A stretch of DNA of 64,000 bases from an uncultured virus (IMG/VR IMGVR_UViG_3300031414_000017) (Duplodnaviria > Heunggongvirae > Uroviricota > Caudoviricetes): the IMG/VR virus record IMGVR_UViG_3300031414_000017; one strand, given 5' to 3'. The notes below the pieces were generated by a model that was not told the origin of the DNA, did no database searches, and saw only the letters and a list, made by a program, of their open reading frames with translations. Positions 19,227 through 29,285 of this stretch are shown in pieces. Made by a program: the position numbers and the translations under genes. The first letter of the stretch is position 1; each line of letters opens with the position of its first letter.

Positions 19227-21407
19227 ATGCAAAGGTTCAATATATTTCGTGACCAGAATATCGCACTGGCGAAGTCGTTGATTTTCAAATCCGACATTAT
19301 CGCCCAGCAGATGAATCTGGCTATTACAGAGAGTGGCGGCACGGTCTTAGGTGACCGTTTCACATGGCGTTATTACCAACACCTTGCGGGTATTCGTCAT
19401 GAGACAGACAAGCCGTTGTTAATAAAGTCACTGGATACGAAGAAGGACATCGAACTAACGCCGGCTAACATGGCGTTACATAAGAAAACCTCGAATGCTT
19501 ATCGTGGTGACCCTGACACGTATATCGATGGACTGATTGGCACCTACCCGGATTACGCGGTGTATATTCGCGGGGTGTTTAATCCCATTCCCTTGGCCGT
19601 CTCTGTGAATGCACAAGAGTGCGCCGTCCTTTATTACAACAAGTCACTGGTCGAGCCGCAGGAAACGTCCCTGATGACCCGGTTTGAAGAGTGGCTTTAC
19701 ATGGTGCACGTCCGCTGGATGGCGGAAGGGTGGCGGGTACACAATGACGCGTTTGTGTTGGCCTTCTACCTGAAAGTGTTCCCACGGTTTGCCGCGACGT
19801 TGATGGATTTGCGCTTAGATAAAATCCACACCGTTGAGACGCACTCGTTTCACGTCACCGAGTTCTTGGCCTCGCATCAGGAACTGCATGAGTTCATGCC
19901 TTACCTGACGAACAAGATGAAGTTCACCTTGTATCGCAACATCCGAAACTGGGAACGTAACTCGGGCAAGACCACAATCTTTGACTGGATGGTGGACACC
20001 TTCTTTACCGGTTGGTCAATGCCGGCAGTGTCCTACACCGTGAGTCAGAAGATTCACGACCCTTCCACAGGTAGTGACGATGATGTAAACCCACTTCCAA
20101 TCGCCTACTCGAAGTCTTTGAACTACACCGAGCGGGATTCGGGTCGTGACTTGAATCTGTTGCCGACCACGGATGTGATTCAAAAAGAGTACGGCTTGGC
20201 GTATGACAACGCCGAGTACCAGCAGGAATACCAAGACGACCTCGACAGTCGTTTAGGGTTAACGCTGTATGCGGCACAGCCCACCAAACTCGTGGAAGTC
20301 ACCTCGATTGACCCGGAAGCCATTGAGCGTTGGGAGTTCACCCACTTGCTGTTCAATGAGTGGTTGCACTACACCGCCCGCGGCACCTACAACGCCATGC
20401 ACGAGGTGTTGAACCCAACCACCGGGGACACCATCAAAATATCTACCAAAGAACTCTTGGCCTTGTATCTGTACGCAGGCTTCAAAGGGTTCAGTGGGGT
20501 GGCACTGAAGACGATTCCTGACTTCAACGCTATGGGCGTGCTGATTAAGCGTTGGGTGTCGGTTGAGGAGATGCACAACTACCTGATTCCGAGCTGGCCC
20601 GGTCGTTACGATCGCATGGTTTCTTACTTCGCAGATACGCACTACGAGCAACTCACGCCAATTGAGAACGCCGAAGAGATGTATTCTGTGGCACAGACCA
20701 TCATGCAGGGCAAACGACGCCGTTGGGTCTTCGCGGGGAATCGCAAGGTCCTCACGGAGAATGCTGCTGGTAAGTTGTTGTTCCAATACTTCTACCGGGA
20801 TTACAAGTGTCCCCTGAATCTGAGTTACAAGTCTTACGACGAGTTCTTCAAGATTTACAATATCGACTACACGTTGATATCGCAGGAGACATGGCAGGAT
20901 ATTGCGAAGGATGCCTTTAACCTCGGCACCGCGTTTGAGTCCAGTGCAAGCATCTCACAGGCTGAAATCCAACGGTCGATGGTGAAGCTGATATCGAAGC
21001 TTGCGTCTTATACCGTGCACTTTGCGGCAAGGATGTCCAGCGATACCTTTGATGTCACTGACCCCATCACCCCGTTGATTGATGACATGCTGTTAGCGGG
21101 CGCAGGCACCATTGACGTTGACCACACCCCGGCCACGGTTGTGAGTGTGAAGTCGAAGTCGCGTGCGCACTGCGATACCGTACTGGATGTGACGCCGTCA
21201 ATCAGGACGTCGGTACCGACGCGCATCCGTGCCACGATGAACGTGTTCATGGGTATTCAGGTCTCTACGAAGTCGAGCATCCGTGTCAACATCGAACACC
21301 CGCCACTTGAGGTAACCGATGCTGAATGGGAAAGCGGTGAGAAGACCTTGACCCGTCGTGTCCGCCATCGTGACCTGCCCGGATTCACCACCGACAACTT
21401 AGAGTGA
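19227..21407 (+). CDS. Virion structural protein (phiKZ gp128-like, probably baseplate)
   Basis: 726 aa; TWRYYQHLAG, HSFHVTEFLASH and LYRNIRNWERNSGK motifs; synteny with the portal. Confidence 0.75.
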   Translation: MQRFNIFRDQNIALAKSLIFKSDIIAQQMNLAITESGGTVLGDRFTWRYYQHLAGIRHETDKPLLIKSLDTKKDIELTPANMALHKKTSNAYRGDPDTYIDGLIGTYPDYAVYIRGVFNPIPLAVSVNAQECAVLYYNKSLVEPQETSLMTRFEEWLYMVHVRWMAEGWRVHNDAFVLAFYLKVFPRFAATLMDLRLDKIHTVETHSFHVTEFLASHQELHEFMPYLTNKMKFTLYRNIRNWERNSGKTTIFDWMVDTFFTGWSMPAVSYTVSQKIHDPSTGSDDDVNPLPIAYSKSLNYTERDSGRDLNLLPTTDVIQKEYGLAYDNAEYQQEYQDDLDSRLGLTLYAAQPTKLVEVTSIDPEAIERWEFTHLLFNEWLHYTARGTYNAMHEVLNPTTGDTIKISTKELLALYLYAGFKGFSGVALKTIPDFNAMGVLIKRWVSVEEMHNYLIPSWPGRYDRMVSYFADTHYEQLTPIENAEEMYSVAQTIMQGKRRRWVFAGNRKVLTENAAGKLLFQYFYRDYKCPLNLSYKSYDEFFKIYNIDYTLISQETWQDIAKDAFNLGTAFESSASISQAEIQRSMVKLISKLASYTVHFAARMSSDTFDVTDPITPLIDDMLLAGAGTIDVDHTPATVVSVKSKSRAHCDTVLDVTPSIRTSVPTRIRATMNVFMGIQVSTKSSIRVNIEHPPLEVTDAEWESGEKTLTRRVRHRDLPGFTTDNLE

Positions 21408-21414
21408 GAGGCTT

Positions 21415-21942
21415 ATGACGTACCGTGTGGATTTATCCAAAACCGCACCCGAGATTCTAATTAACCGCATCAATTACGTGTTTGGCACATCTTATACTCC
21501 AGATCAACTCACCTTTGATTCCCGTGGTGCAGTGCCGCTGAGTGTAGAAGAAGCCCGCCGTGAAGGTGTGGAATCGAAAGCAGCGGCGTACTACCGAAAC
21601 GGGTACAGCGGTTCGCAGAACTTCGTCTTTACCCGTGGTGATTTGAACAAACTGTTGCGGGGTGCTGTGGTGCCGGTACCCTTTGGGGCCGTGACGTCCA
21701 GCGAACAGTTAGCGCCGTATATCTTCGACGAGCTCGGCGTTAACATTAACCCGCATCAGATTCTGATTGAACCTATCCCTGAGGATGCAACCGACTTTAC
21801 GGTGCGTCTGATACCACGTCATCTGTCGTTGAAGGGTACCATTGCTATTGAGTTCGTCGATCCCACGCCACGCAAGCTAAAAGTGCTTGTGTCCAAAACC
21901 GAACTTGATGGTTTTAGCTTTCCAGGAGAATTAAATGGCTAA
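21415..21942 (+). CDS. Virion structural protein of the tail-associated paralog family
   Basis: Shares the LINRIN...R.DL...LGVNI...SL.G domain and the LV.KT.LDGF end with 26239 and the 58-64 kb array. Confidence 0.7.
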   Translation: MTYRVDLSKTAPEILINRINYVFGTSYTPDQLTFDSRGAVPLSVEEARREGVESKAAAYYRNGYSGSQNFVFTRGDLNKLLRGAVVPVPFGAVTSSEQLAPYIFDELGVNINPHQILIEPIPEDATDFTVRLIPRHLSLKGTIAIEFVDPTPRKLKVLVSKTELDGFSFPGELNG

Positions 21943-22822
21943 CAGTAAAGTCTATGACGGCAAGATTAACACGGTGACGCTCAGCGCCATGCGCTTGACG
22001 TCTGCACTGCTTTGCGGTGCACCGGTTAAGTACCCGCAGAAGTCCACGTTGAATGAACACCTCAACCTGATGACTGCCAAGGTACCAGACCCCGCTGCCC
22101 GTCCGACCATCAAGTACATGTGCATCGGTATCAAAGGCCACACGGCTTCACTGGCAGATGACGACATCTACGACTTCGTCCCACTTGGTAAGAAAGCCTC
22201 GTACTCGGGTATGTACAAAGCCATGCCGTTTGTGCTGCGTCGCATGGACAATGACTTGACCGATGCGCAACGCGCCAACTACGCGTTTCGTACCAAGCTC
22301 ACCATTGGCGGGGTCGATTACTGGGCGTACTACCTGAAACGTATTGACATGCGTTCGGTAGAAACCACCGACTACGATATCCGTCGTGAGAACGGTGAGG
22401 AGCAGGTTGACCTGTTTAACTACACCGATAACGAACTGTATCCGAAACCGGCAGAGCTGCCGGAGTTCAACTACGATGACGACACCACCGTTGAGTTACC
22501 TGACGGGCGTTATGCGAAATCCAACGTTGAACTGCGTATCGGCTGGAATGATTTCGACGTGCAGGAATACATGAACGTCTGTGCGATTATGCGCGGCAGT
22601 TCACAGTCGTCCATCGTGTCTGAAATCGCGGTGTGTTCTGGTCTGGATGCCGTTGAGTCGGGCGAGTCAGCAACCGGGTCGAAGTTCAGCTACGACGAAG
22701 CGATCGGTGTACAGGTGATGTATTACATCGACCTTTACGCTAACCTCGCGGTCACGAACGACAACCTCGAGCTGACTATCAACATCGGTCAGACCGTGCC
22801 GTTCTGGTTAGGCCCGAACTGA
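21935..22822 (+). CDS. Virion structural protein (phiKZ gp139-like)
   Basis: STLNEHL, YMCIGIKGH, MPFVLR, YWAYYLKRI and SEIAVCSG motifs; lies just before RuvC. Confidence 0.7.
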   Translation: MANSKVYDGKINTVTLSAMRLTSALLCGAPVKYPQKSTLNEHLNLMTAKVPDPAARPTIKYMCIGIKGHTASLADDDIYDFVPLGKKASYSGMYKAMPFVLRRMDNDLTDAQRANYAFRTKLTIGGVDYWAYYLKRIDMRSVETTDYDIRRENGEEQVDLFNYTDNELYPKPAELPEFNYDDDTTVELPDGRYAKSNVELRIGWNDFDVQEYMNVCAIMRGSSQSSIVSEIAVCSGLDAVESGESATGSKFSYDEAIGVQVMYYIDLYANLAVTNDNLELTINIGQTVPFWLGPN

Positions 22823-23475
22823 TGCTGATACCCGAACCGCGGTTTCCTGATAACTCGGTTCGAATCTGTGCTGTTGACCCCGGTACCTCGTACTTGGGTC
22901 TTGCGGTGCTCGACTGGGTGTACGGTGAACCTCAGGCCGAAGTGGTCTGGGCAGGTACTTTACACGCGGTCGACCCCACGCATCAAAACAGCCATTCTGA
23001 GGTATGCGGTAAACGTGATGCCCGAATGGCCAAGTTGCGAGAAGGCTACGCAGATTTCCTGCGGATTGCACGGCCAACCTTCTGCTGTACTGAAACACCG
23101 TTTATGCAGCGACTGAAACTCTCGGCCTACGAGTCAGGGGTCGAGTTACAGCAAATGCTGCGTAATACGCTGTTTGAGATCTTCCCGGAAAAGTGCTTGC
23201 ATGGGTTCAATCCCATTATTGTGAAGTCCTACGTGGGCGTTGAGGCGAAAGGCACGGACAAAACACACATGTTTGCGGCCGTGACCCGCCTATACGAGAA
23301 CCACACATTGATTGACCTTACCGCACTGGATGAGCACTCAATTGATGCCGTGGCTGTTGGCAACATCTTCGTTCGTATTTCACTATTATCACTAAACAGT
23401 CTGCTCCCTCCTCGTGAGAAGAAGCCTAAAGCGCCGAAAGGCTCACGGCGAAGGAGTCGACGCCGGAGGAAGTGA
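22822..23475 (+). CDS. ruvC: RuvC-like Holliday junction resolvase
   Basis: ICAVDPGTSYLGLAV, TETPF, VKSYVG...DK and EHSIDAVAVG give the RuvC acidic catalytic pattern. Confidence 0.85.
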   Translation: MLIPEPRFPDNSVRICAVDPGTSYLGLAVLDWVYGEPQAEVVWAGTLHAVDPTHQNSHSEVCGKRDARMAKLREGYADFLRIARPTFCCTETPFMQRLKLSAYESGVELQQMLRNTLFEIFPEKCLHGFNPIIVKSYVGVEAKGTDKTHMFAAVTRLYENHTLIDLTALDEHSIDAVAVGNIFVRISLLSLNSLLPPREKKPKAPKGSRRRSRRRRK

Positions 23476-23477
23476 CC

Positions 23478-24020
23478 ATGACCCAATCCTTGCAAACAGC
23501 TGCACCTGCATTACTGGATACCTTGATTCAAGCCGGTGACCGTGTCTTGACTCCGGATGAAGCCTCGCGTGTTCAGGATGCTGCACTGACCATCGGTGCT
23601 GCCGCTGTTAACACCGCGCTTCCTGCGAACTCTATCTTAGCGTCACTGCGTCCGCTGTTAGTGGACAAGGTCGGCGTGATGGCAGAGGCGTTTGAGAAGT
23701 TAGCGGTGGACTCCTTAGAGGGGATGGATGCAAAGTACAGCAAGGAAACCGTGATGACCTTATACCCAACGCTGATGTCGGGTCAAAAACTGCTGATTTG
23801 GTTTTTGGCAATGGCATTACTCGCCTTCACAGGCGTAGCGCTTTGGGATTTGCTACAGCAGCCACAGGTTGACCGAACGGATGTGCTCCTGACGGTGCTC
23901 GTACCTTTAGGCGGACTGATTGCCTTTGCAGCCGTGCCAATTAAAACATTGGCTTACAGCTCACTGGCGATTACCGCGAAGGTGGTTGAGCACAAGATGA
24001 ATAAAGCCGCCACCAAGTAA
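23478..24020 (+). CDS. Membrane protein with two C-terminal TM helices
   Basis: LLIWFLAMALLAFTGVALW and VLLTVLVPLGGLIAFAAV segments; GGAGG RBS. Confidence 0.7.
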   Translation: MTQSLQTAAPALLDTLIQAGDRVLTPDEASRVQDAALTIGAAAVNTALPANSILASLRPLLVDKVGVMAEAFEKLAVDSLEGMDAKYSKETVMTLYPTLMSGQKLLIWFLAMALLAFTGVALWDLLQQPQVDRTDVLLTVLVPLGGLIAFAAVPIKTLAYSSLAITAKVVEHKMNKAATK

Positions 24021-24024
24021 GACT

Positions 24025-24063
24025 GTCGAGTCCTTCGGGACTCGACTTCTTTTATTTCTTTTT
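24025..24063 (+). terminator. Rho-independent terminator
   Basis: GTCGAGTCC-TTCG-GGACTCGAC followed by a T-tract. Confidence 0.85.
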
Positions 24064-24108
24064 ACAGTTGGCCGCAATTATGTGTATTTTCACAGTCGGG
24101 GAAGTCTC

Positions 24109-24807
24109 ATGGATTTAAAGTTCGACAAGCGCGTGGTATTACTCCCCGCTGCTGGCCTAATCAGTGCCATTACCAACGGTGACAATCACCGCTTCAGTAA
24201 CCCAGTTAAACATGCCATGGTGATGTGTGTCATCAACGACGTCTTAGAGCGTCAAGGTACGCGTAACCGTTATCGGACGTACGGTGAACCTGCCGGGAAA
24301 ATCGGGTTCCAGTTCCGTAACATGCTGGCTGACCGGGATACCATGCGGGGTGCACCCAGAGACCTGTGTCTCTTTAATCAGGAGCTGTTACTCAAACGGG
24401 TGACCAAGCTTTTGACTGCGTATAATCTCTATGAGGCGTGTGTCGCTTCAGAGCACGGCATTGTGAAGAATACTCTCGATGCCGGTTTCACAGTGAGGTG
24501 GTTTCTTGGAAAAGGCAAACAGCAAAAACTCGCATACAGTCACGTTATTGTCGAGTGGATACGTCCGCGTCTTGACTACCAGTCAATCCCGGTGTCTGCC
24601 TTCGTAGAAGCAATCATTGCGGAACTCGTTAAACGGAAATACTCACGTGAGCAGGCAGAGCGGACTCTTAATGCAATGCCGCTTAGTGAACTACTCAGTG
24701 CTTACCCGGTTGGTGGTTTAGCGGAAGACATTCGCGAGCACCCCCATCAAACGTGGGAAGGACTATTACAGCTCGTGACTTCACGACTGAAAGGGGGTTT
24801 AAAATGA
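24109..24807 (+). CDS. Hypothetical protein
   Basis: About 232 aa; start chosen at MDLKF. Confidence 0.7.
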   Translation: MDLKFDKRVVLLPAAGLISAITNGDNHRFSNPVKHAMVMCVINDVLERQGTRNRYRTYGEPAGKIGFQFRNMLADRDTMRGAPRDLCLFNQELLLKRVTKLLTAYNLYEACVASEHGIVKNTLDAGFTVRWFLGKGKQQKLAYSHVIVEWIRPRLDYQSIPVSAFVEAIIAELVKRKYSREQAERTLNAMPLSELLSAYPVGGLAEDIREHPHQTWEGLLQLVTSRLKGGLK

Positions 24808-25283
24808 TAGTGATGTCAATTGAGATTGATAAAATCTCAGCCGAGGTTTATCCCGAACTCACAGCGTTCCTTGCGGATGCCAACAGTATTCGTAAAGAGC
24901 CGCTCAAGGTTCTGATGGCCGTGGAAGATGACATCGTGCACGGGATGGTGATTTACGAACCGGGTAATATCGTTTACCTCTACGTGGTGCCAGAGTCCCG
25001 TCGCAGTGGTGTGGCGAAGTTCCTTGTGAAACACGTCGCAGCACAATCGCCTGAGAAAAAACTCACAGCGATAGTCGAACCCAACGCGGTGGATGCCCAG
25101 TGTTTCTTTCTCCAGCAGGGTTGGCGAATAGAGAATTGGTACATCGGCCTCGACAATAAGAAGTATTTCCGTATGACGACTATGACGACACAACCGGCTC
25201 AGTCCCCGCCGGTTGAAGTAGGGTTGGCCCGCTTTGCCAAAACGGTACCAATCTTTATTTCGGTGGGTAACAAAATAATATAA
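24804..25283 (+). CDS. GNAT-family acetyltransferase
   Basis: LYVVPESRRSGVAKFLV (motif A) and NAVDAQCFFLQQGW (motif B). Confidence 0.85.
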   Translation: MIVMSIEIDKISAEVYPELTAFLADANSIRKEPLKVLMAVEDDIVHGMVIYEPGNIVYLYVVPESRRSGVAKFLVKHVAAQSPEKKLTAIVEPNAVDAQCFFLQQGWRIENWYIGLDNKKYFRMTTMTTQPAQSPPVEVGLARFAKTVPIFISVGNKII

Positions 25284-25297
25284 AACTCACGGGAAGT

Positions 25298-25792
25298 ATG
25301 AAAATGCAGCGTGTCGTCTATGAAACACGTCAACAGTGTGATAGCGGTGTGGAAGTTATCTGTGTTACCGAAAAGATAGCTGATTGCGATTTAGACCTTG
25401 TTCGCTCAACGGTCCGCGGTCAACCTGTCAAGATAATCCAAAGCTCCGCCATCAAAATTGCTATACCTAAATCTACACCAGCAATACGGCCCAGATGTAA
25501 AGTCAACTACCAAGAACTGAAAGCTCACTTTGCCAAACACTACCGTCGTTCACTCTGGAAGGATGTGGTGATGATGTTAGTGGAGGAGTTTGTCAAGGAC
25601 TTGGAGTGGGAGGTGGTCTTAGGCCAGTCTGGCTTTAAAACCAAACCCGCGGCTTATCACTGGGAACGTTTCAAAAAACAGTACCTCGCCACGATGCCAA
25701 ACTGCCGTCAAACGTGGAGCACACGTAACATGCTCCCCCGACTAGAGGAGCAGCCTTGGCTTCAAGCCTACCTGAAAGAGGATAAAAATTGA
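25298..25792 (+). CDS. Hypothetical protein
   Basis: 164 aa ORF in operon context. Confidence 0.65.
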   Translation: MKMQRVVYETRQQCDSGVEVICVTEKIADCDLDLVRSTVRGQPVKIIQSSAIKIAIPKSTPAIRPRCKVNYQELKAHFAKHYRRSLWKDVVMMLVEEFVKDLEWEVVLGQSGFKTKPAAYHWERFKKQYLATMPNCRQTWSTRNMLPRLEEQPWLQAYLKEDKN

Positions 25793-26184
25793 TGCGTTCT
25801 GTATTGGCTGTTTTGCTATTATTGGTACTTTCTCAGACTGCACATGCGGAGTTCAATCCAAGTGAAATGCTGGGGTACCAGCCTAACAGTCCTGATGAGC
25901 CTAAAGTGAAATTCGAATCGACTGACCGTGCACGTACCGTGTCAGAAGGTGGGGATTTCGCGGTCGTCAACTTCGGAAAGACAGACACCTGTCCGGGCGG
26001 GGGGTTTTACTTGGTGAACACCAAACGTAAAATCTACCAGTTCATCGATGCGGGGAGTTGTTATGAGAACATACGTGCTGACTTGTCGACGCCACCGACT
26101 TCCATGAAGACGGTCGCCACACAGGTCCTTACGTTCTATATTGGCAAAACCATTATAGCCCGCTACCCGCTCTACGGGTACTGA
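25792..26184 (+). CDS. Secreted/periplasmic protein
   Basis: Sec signal peptide MRSVLAVLLLLVLSQTAHA-E; two Cys in the mature part. Confidence 0.75.
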   Translation: MRSVLAVLLLLVLSQTAHAEFNPSEMLGYQPNSPDEPKVKFESTDRARTVSEGGDFAVVNFGKTDTCPGGGFYLVNTKRKIYQFIDAGSCYENIRADLSTPPTSMKTVATQVLTFYIGKTIIARYPLYGY

Positions 26185-26190
26185 CCGTCT

Positions 26191-26227
26191 CCCTGCTTAC
26201 TTCGGTAGGCAGGGGGCTTTTCTTTTC
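26191..26227 (+). terminator. Rho-independent terminator
   Basis: CCCTGCTTAC-TTCG-GTAGGCAGGG followed by a T-tract. Confidence 0.8.
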
Positions 26228-26238
26228 GGAGCCGGACT

Positions 26239-27324
26239 ATGACCTTTATCATTAACCGCACCCGAACACACCAACAGTCGCTATTGGATTTGGTGAACTT
26301 TGCCAATGACGATACGATCGATACGCCTTTGACGGTAGCGAACACCGGTATCACAAAGCGTGGGGAACTCTACCCGGGTGTTTACGGGCTGCGACTCACT
26401 AACCTGTCGAAGGATGACGACACGGTCGATGTGCAACACACCAAGATACAACTGGGCGACGTCCTGCTCTTTAGCAAGGCAGACTTAAGTTGGTTTAACC
26501 CGCTTAACGTTCCGTCGAGCAACCGCGTGTGGGATAACGCCGCTCAGGCAATGGTGGAAAACGCCATTGCGAAGATGGGCTTTAACATCAACAAAATCTT
26601 CAACCCGCCTAATGCTTGTTTTGTGACGTACAACACGGATGAAAGTGGTTGGTTCATCACGTTCCGTTGTGACTCGTTCGTGTTTGAAGAAGTCTTTCTC
26701 TATCGCCTGCCGCATTACTTCGGCGAGTTTGTCAAGAGCAAGGATTTATTGGGCTTTCAGTTTAATCCAGTGGGCAGCACGGAGCCACCCATTACAGACG
26801 CGTATCCTGTGGTGTTTACCAAAGCCCCATGGGATTTATTGATTGGGCTGGTCAACTTTGAGAACGGCTTTACGTTTGATAAGACCCAGTTTGCATGGAA
26901 GGACTTAAGTGTCCTGAGCACGCCATCAGTGAAAGGCGGGAATACCGGCATCGATTTAGATTTGCTGGCTGAGCCTTCTGAGGTAATAGATGACTGGGTG
27001 ACCTTTACGTACAAACGTATGGCCCTGTCTGCGGTCTGGCCAAAGACGCCAGTGTTAACGCCGGGTGAGGTAGGGTTGAACCGTAACGACCGTACCATCG
27101 ACATCCCAACGTTAATCGCGACACTTGCTGACCGTTTCTACCTCGACCAAACCGATTATGGTTTCGTCTTTGATTACCTAAAACGCCGAGTGACGATTAC
27201 CGCACTGGCAACCAACGTTGCCTATACGGGAAGTGTACAGTTCACCATTGCAATCCCGGTTGGGCTTGCTGAACTGGTGACGGTCACGAAACTCGACGGC
27301 TTTAAGAAAGACAAGTTTTACTAG
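26239..27324 (+). CDS. Virion structural protein, tail-associated paralog family (two domain copies)
   Basis: LLDLVNFAN and LLIGLVNFEN repeats; LVTVTKLDGF C-terminal motif. Confidence 0.7.
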   Translation: MTFIINRTRTHQQSLLDLVNFANDDTIDTPLTVANTGITKRGELYPGVYGLRLTNLSKDDDTVDVQHTKIQLGDVLLFSKADLSWFNPLNVPSSNRVWDNAAQAMVENAIAKMGFNINKIFNPPNACFVTYNTDESGWFITFRCDSFVFEEVFLYRLPHYFGEFVKSKDLLGFQFNPVGSTEPPITDAYPVVFTKAPWDLLIGLVNFENGFTFDKTQFAWKDLSVLSTPSVKGGNTGIDLDLLAEPSEVIDDWVTFTYKRMALSAVWPKTPVLTPGEVGLNRNDRTIDIPTLIATLADRFYLDQTDYGFVFDYLKRRVTITALATNVAYTGSVQFTIAIPVGLAELVTVTKLDGFKKDKFY

Positions 27325-27331
27325 CGTTACC

Positions 27332-27370
27332 TTACCCTCTCTTTGGAGAGGGTAAAACCTCTTATTTTTT
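27332..27370 (+). terminator. Probable terminator
   Basis: TTACCCTCTC-TTTG-GAGAGGGTAA with a downstream T-run. Confidence 0.65.
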
Positions 27371-27405
27371 GCGTCACAGGTGTTGGATATAGGAGGTGCA
27401 CAACC

Positions 27406-27972
27406 ATGAAAAAATATAGACTGGCTATTATTGGCTCACGCGAGACCGATCAAGAAACCATGCAAGAAATGTATGCCCAATTACTGGCCGGTATTAACAT
27501 CCTGTTGGAGAAAGGGTTTGAATTAGAAATTGTCAGTGGGGGTTGCTGGAAAGGGCCTGACCAGTTGCAGTTTATGCTGGCCCGGTACTTCAAAGGCGAT
27601 ATCCGTATCACGTTTGTCTGTTATCTGCCGGATGACAAGAAGCTCTGGTTAAAAGAGAAGAACCCGTTTGTGGATTTCCGGGTGATTGAGCAAACCCCGC
27701 TGTATGTGGAGATTGTTCGCTCCCTGCATCCTGCGCCGGATTACCTTAAAGACTTCTCGTTGAAACTGCACGGACGTAACTTGAATATCATTATGGGTGA
27801 TGATTTGCACTCGCCGTCGGATGCTGTGTACTACTCAGCGCCGATAAATAAGCAAGGCAACCCAACTGGCGGGACGTTTATGGGCGTCATGTACGCGAAG
27901 TCCGTTAACGTACCAACTTACCATCACGCAAACCAAGGCCAAGACTGGCTGACGTCCTTGCGTTTATTATGA
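27406..27972 (+). CDS. SLOG-superfamily (DprA/Smf-like) nucleotide-binding protein
   Basis: AIIGSRET, VSGGCWKGPD, GRNLNII and GGTFMG motifs; AGGAGG RBS. Confidence 0.75.
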   Translation: MKKYRLAIIGSRETDQETMQEMYAQLLAGINILLEKGFELEIVSGGCWKGPDQLQFMLARYFKGDIRITFVCYLPDDKKLWLKEKNPFVDFRVIEQTPLYVEIVRSLHPAPDYLKDFSLKLHGRNLNIIMGDDLHSPSDAVYYSAPINKQGNPTGGTFMGVMYAKSVNVPTYHHANQGQDWLTSLRLL

Positions 27973-27988
27973 TTCCTCTGAGGCACAC

Positions 27989-28252
27989 ATGCAAAAGACT
28001 TCTTTGCTGAAACGACTGATGGAGGCGTTTAGTCCTCCACCACCAAAACCTCTGCCGATTCAACAACCGGTCGAGTGGCAAGGGACGGAACAGGAGTTCT
28101 TTGACTATCTGAACACACGCGAGTTCGTGTCTGTGCCGGATAACAAAGATCGTCCACGGTTGATTAACTACGTCGACGGAAAGACCAATGAGCTCTTTGC
28201 CATTGCTGTCCGCTGGCCTAATCGTTATTACTACTATTTAATCGAAACCTGA
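27989..28252 (+). CDS. Hypothetical protein
   Basis: 87 aa ORF, GAGG RBS. Confidence 0.7.
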   Translation: MQKTSLLKRLMEAFSPPPPKPLPIQQPVEWQGTEQEFFDYLNTREFVSVPDNKDRPRLINYVDGKTNELFAIAVRWPNRYYYYLIET

Positions 28253-28274
28253 CAATAGGTTCGAGGGACATCCC

Positions 28275-29273
28275 ATGTCATTAGAACAAGATTTTGAAAC
28301 GTTGTGGGAGAACTACGATACCGTGGTCGCGCTGGAATCTATCGGCGTGGGTATCGATAACCCTGCAATCCAGTCTATCGCTAAGCGCTGGGGATTACAC
28401 GACGTGGTATTGGTTGCGGGCGAATCAGCCCGTAACAAAACCCCGGAGAAAACCTCCTCGCTGTTGGCGCAAGTGTTCAATGATTTCGCTGGCTTCTTTG
28501 GGACGCGCTACCTCGCGCTGTTGAAGAAGATGAACGACCAAGCGGATTTGTTGGACAAGCACGTCACAGACATGCAGTCTCGTCTGAACAGCATCAGCGC
28601 ACTGCACAGTCACACGGTGCCAAGCGGTAGCTGGACGTCCAAAGTCTGTTTTGAAGACCTACCCAACTTTAAAGAGTGCATCAAGCTTGCGAACTCTGCC
28701 GATGGGTTAGAAGCCGTGGTTAAGCAGTACACGGTGATAACCCGTCAGATTGTGTTCTCTCCGGTCATCGACCGTCGTAAGTTGGAAGACGGTGAACTGA
28801 GCAAGATTGGTTACAGCTCCAATGCGGCGATTCACCGTGCGTCCGGGTATCTGGGTCGCTTTGGTGAGGCGGATGTCCAAGCCCGGCCACTGGCGGGTAA
28901 CGTGATTGTGGTTACCCACGGTGAGGGTGAGAAAGGCAAAGTACAATTTGCGGTTGCCCACGGTGGTAGCTACAAAAAAGAAATCCCTTCTCTGGAGGTG
29001 GCTGAGTGCAAGAAAGCGTTGCAGGCGGTCACCACTATTGCCAAGACGTTGCGTAATCGGGGTGCTAAAAATGGCCTCTTTGGTTACAGCGGCATCTACG
29101 AAGAAATTGAGAAGATGAAAGCCGGCCTTAAGAACCACAAAGGGGCGGAGCTTCGTCTGGCTACCCTGCGTTACAAAAACGCACTGGAGCTTGAGAATGC
29201 ATTTACCACCGCACTCGATCGCGTCGGTGATGGACTAATCAACTGGGTTGCCGCCAGCATCAAGGCGGGCTAG
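28275..29273 (+). CDS. Putative inner-head (ejection) protein, paralog of 29286
   Basis: Acidic propeptide with VALES and VAGES sites; shares GSWTSKVCFED with 29286. Confidence 0.7.
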   Translation: MSLEQDFETLWENYDTVVALESIGVGIDNPAIQSIAKRWGLHDVVLVAGESARNKTPEKTSSLLAQVFNDFAGFFGTRYLALLKKMNDQADLLDKHVTDMQSRLNSISALHSHTVPSGSWTSKVCFEDLPNFKECIKLANSADGLEAVVKQYTVITRQIVFSPVIDRRKLEDGELSKIGYSSNAAIHRASGYLGRFGEADVQARPLAGNVIVVTHGEGEKGKVQFAVAHGGSYKKEIPSLEVAECKKALQAVTTIAKTLRNRGAKNGLFGYSGIYEEIEKMKAGLKNHKGAELRLATLRYKNALELENAFTTALDRVGDGLINWVAASIKAG

Positions 29274-29285
29274 TAGGAGACAGCG

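Noticed and set aside
23478..24020. Holin call for the two-TM protein
   Set aside because: No endolysin or spanin genes adjacent; topology alone is insufficient.
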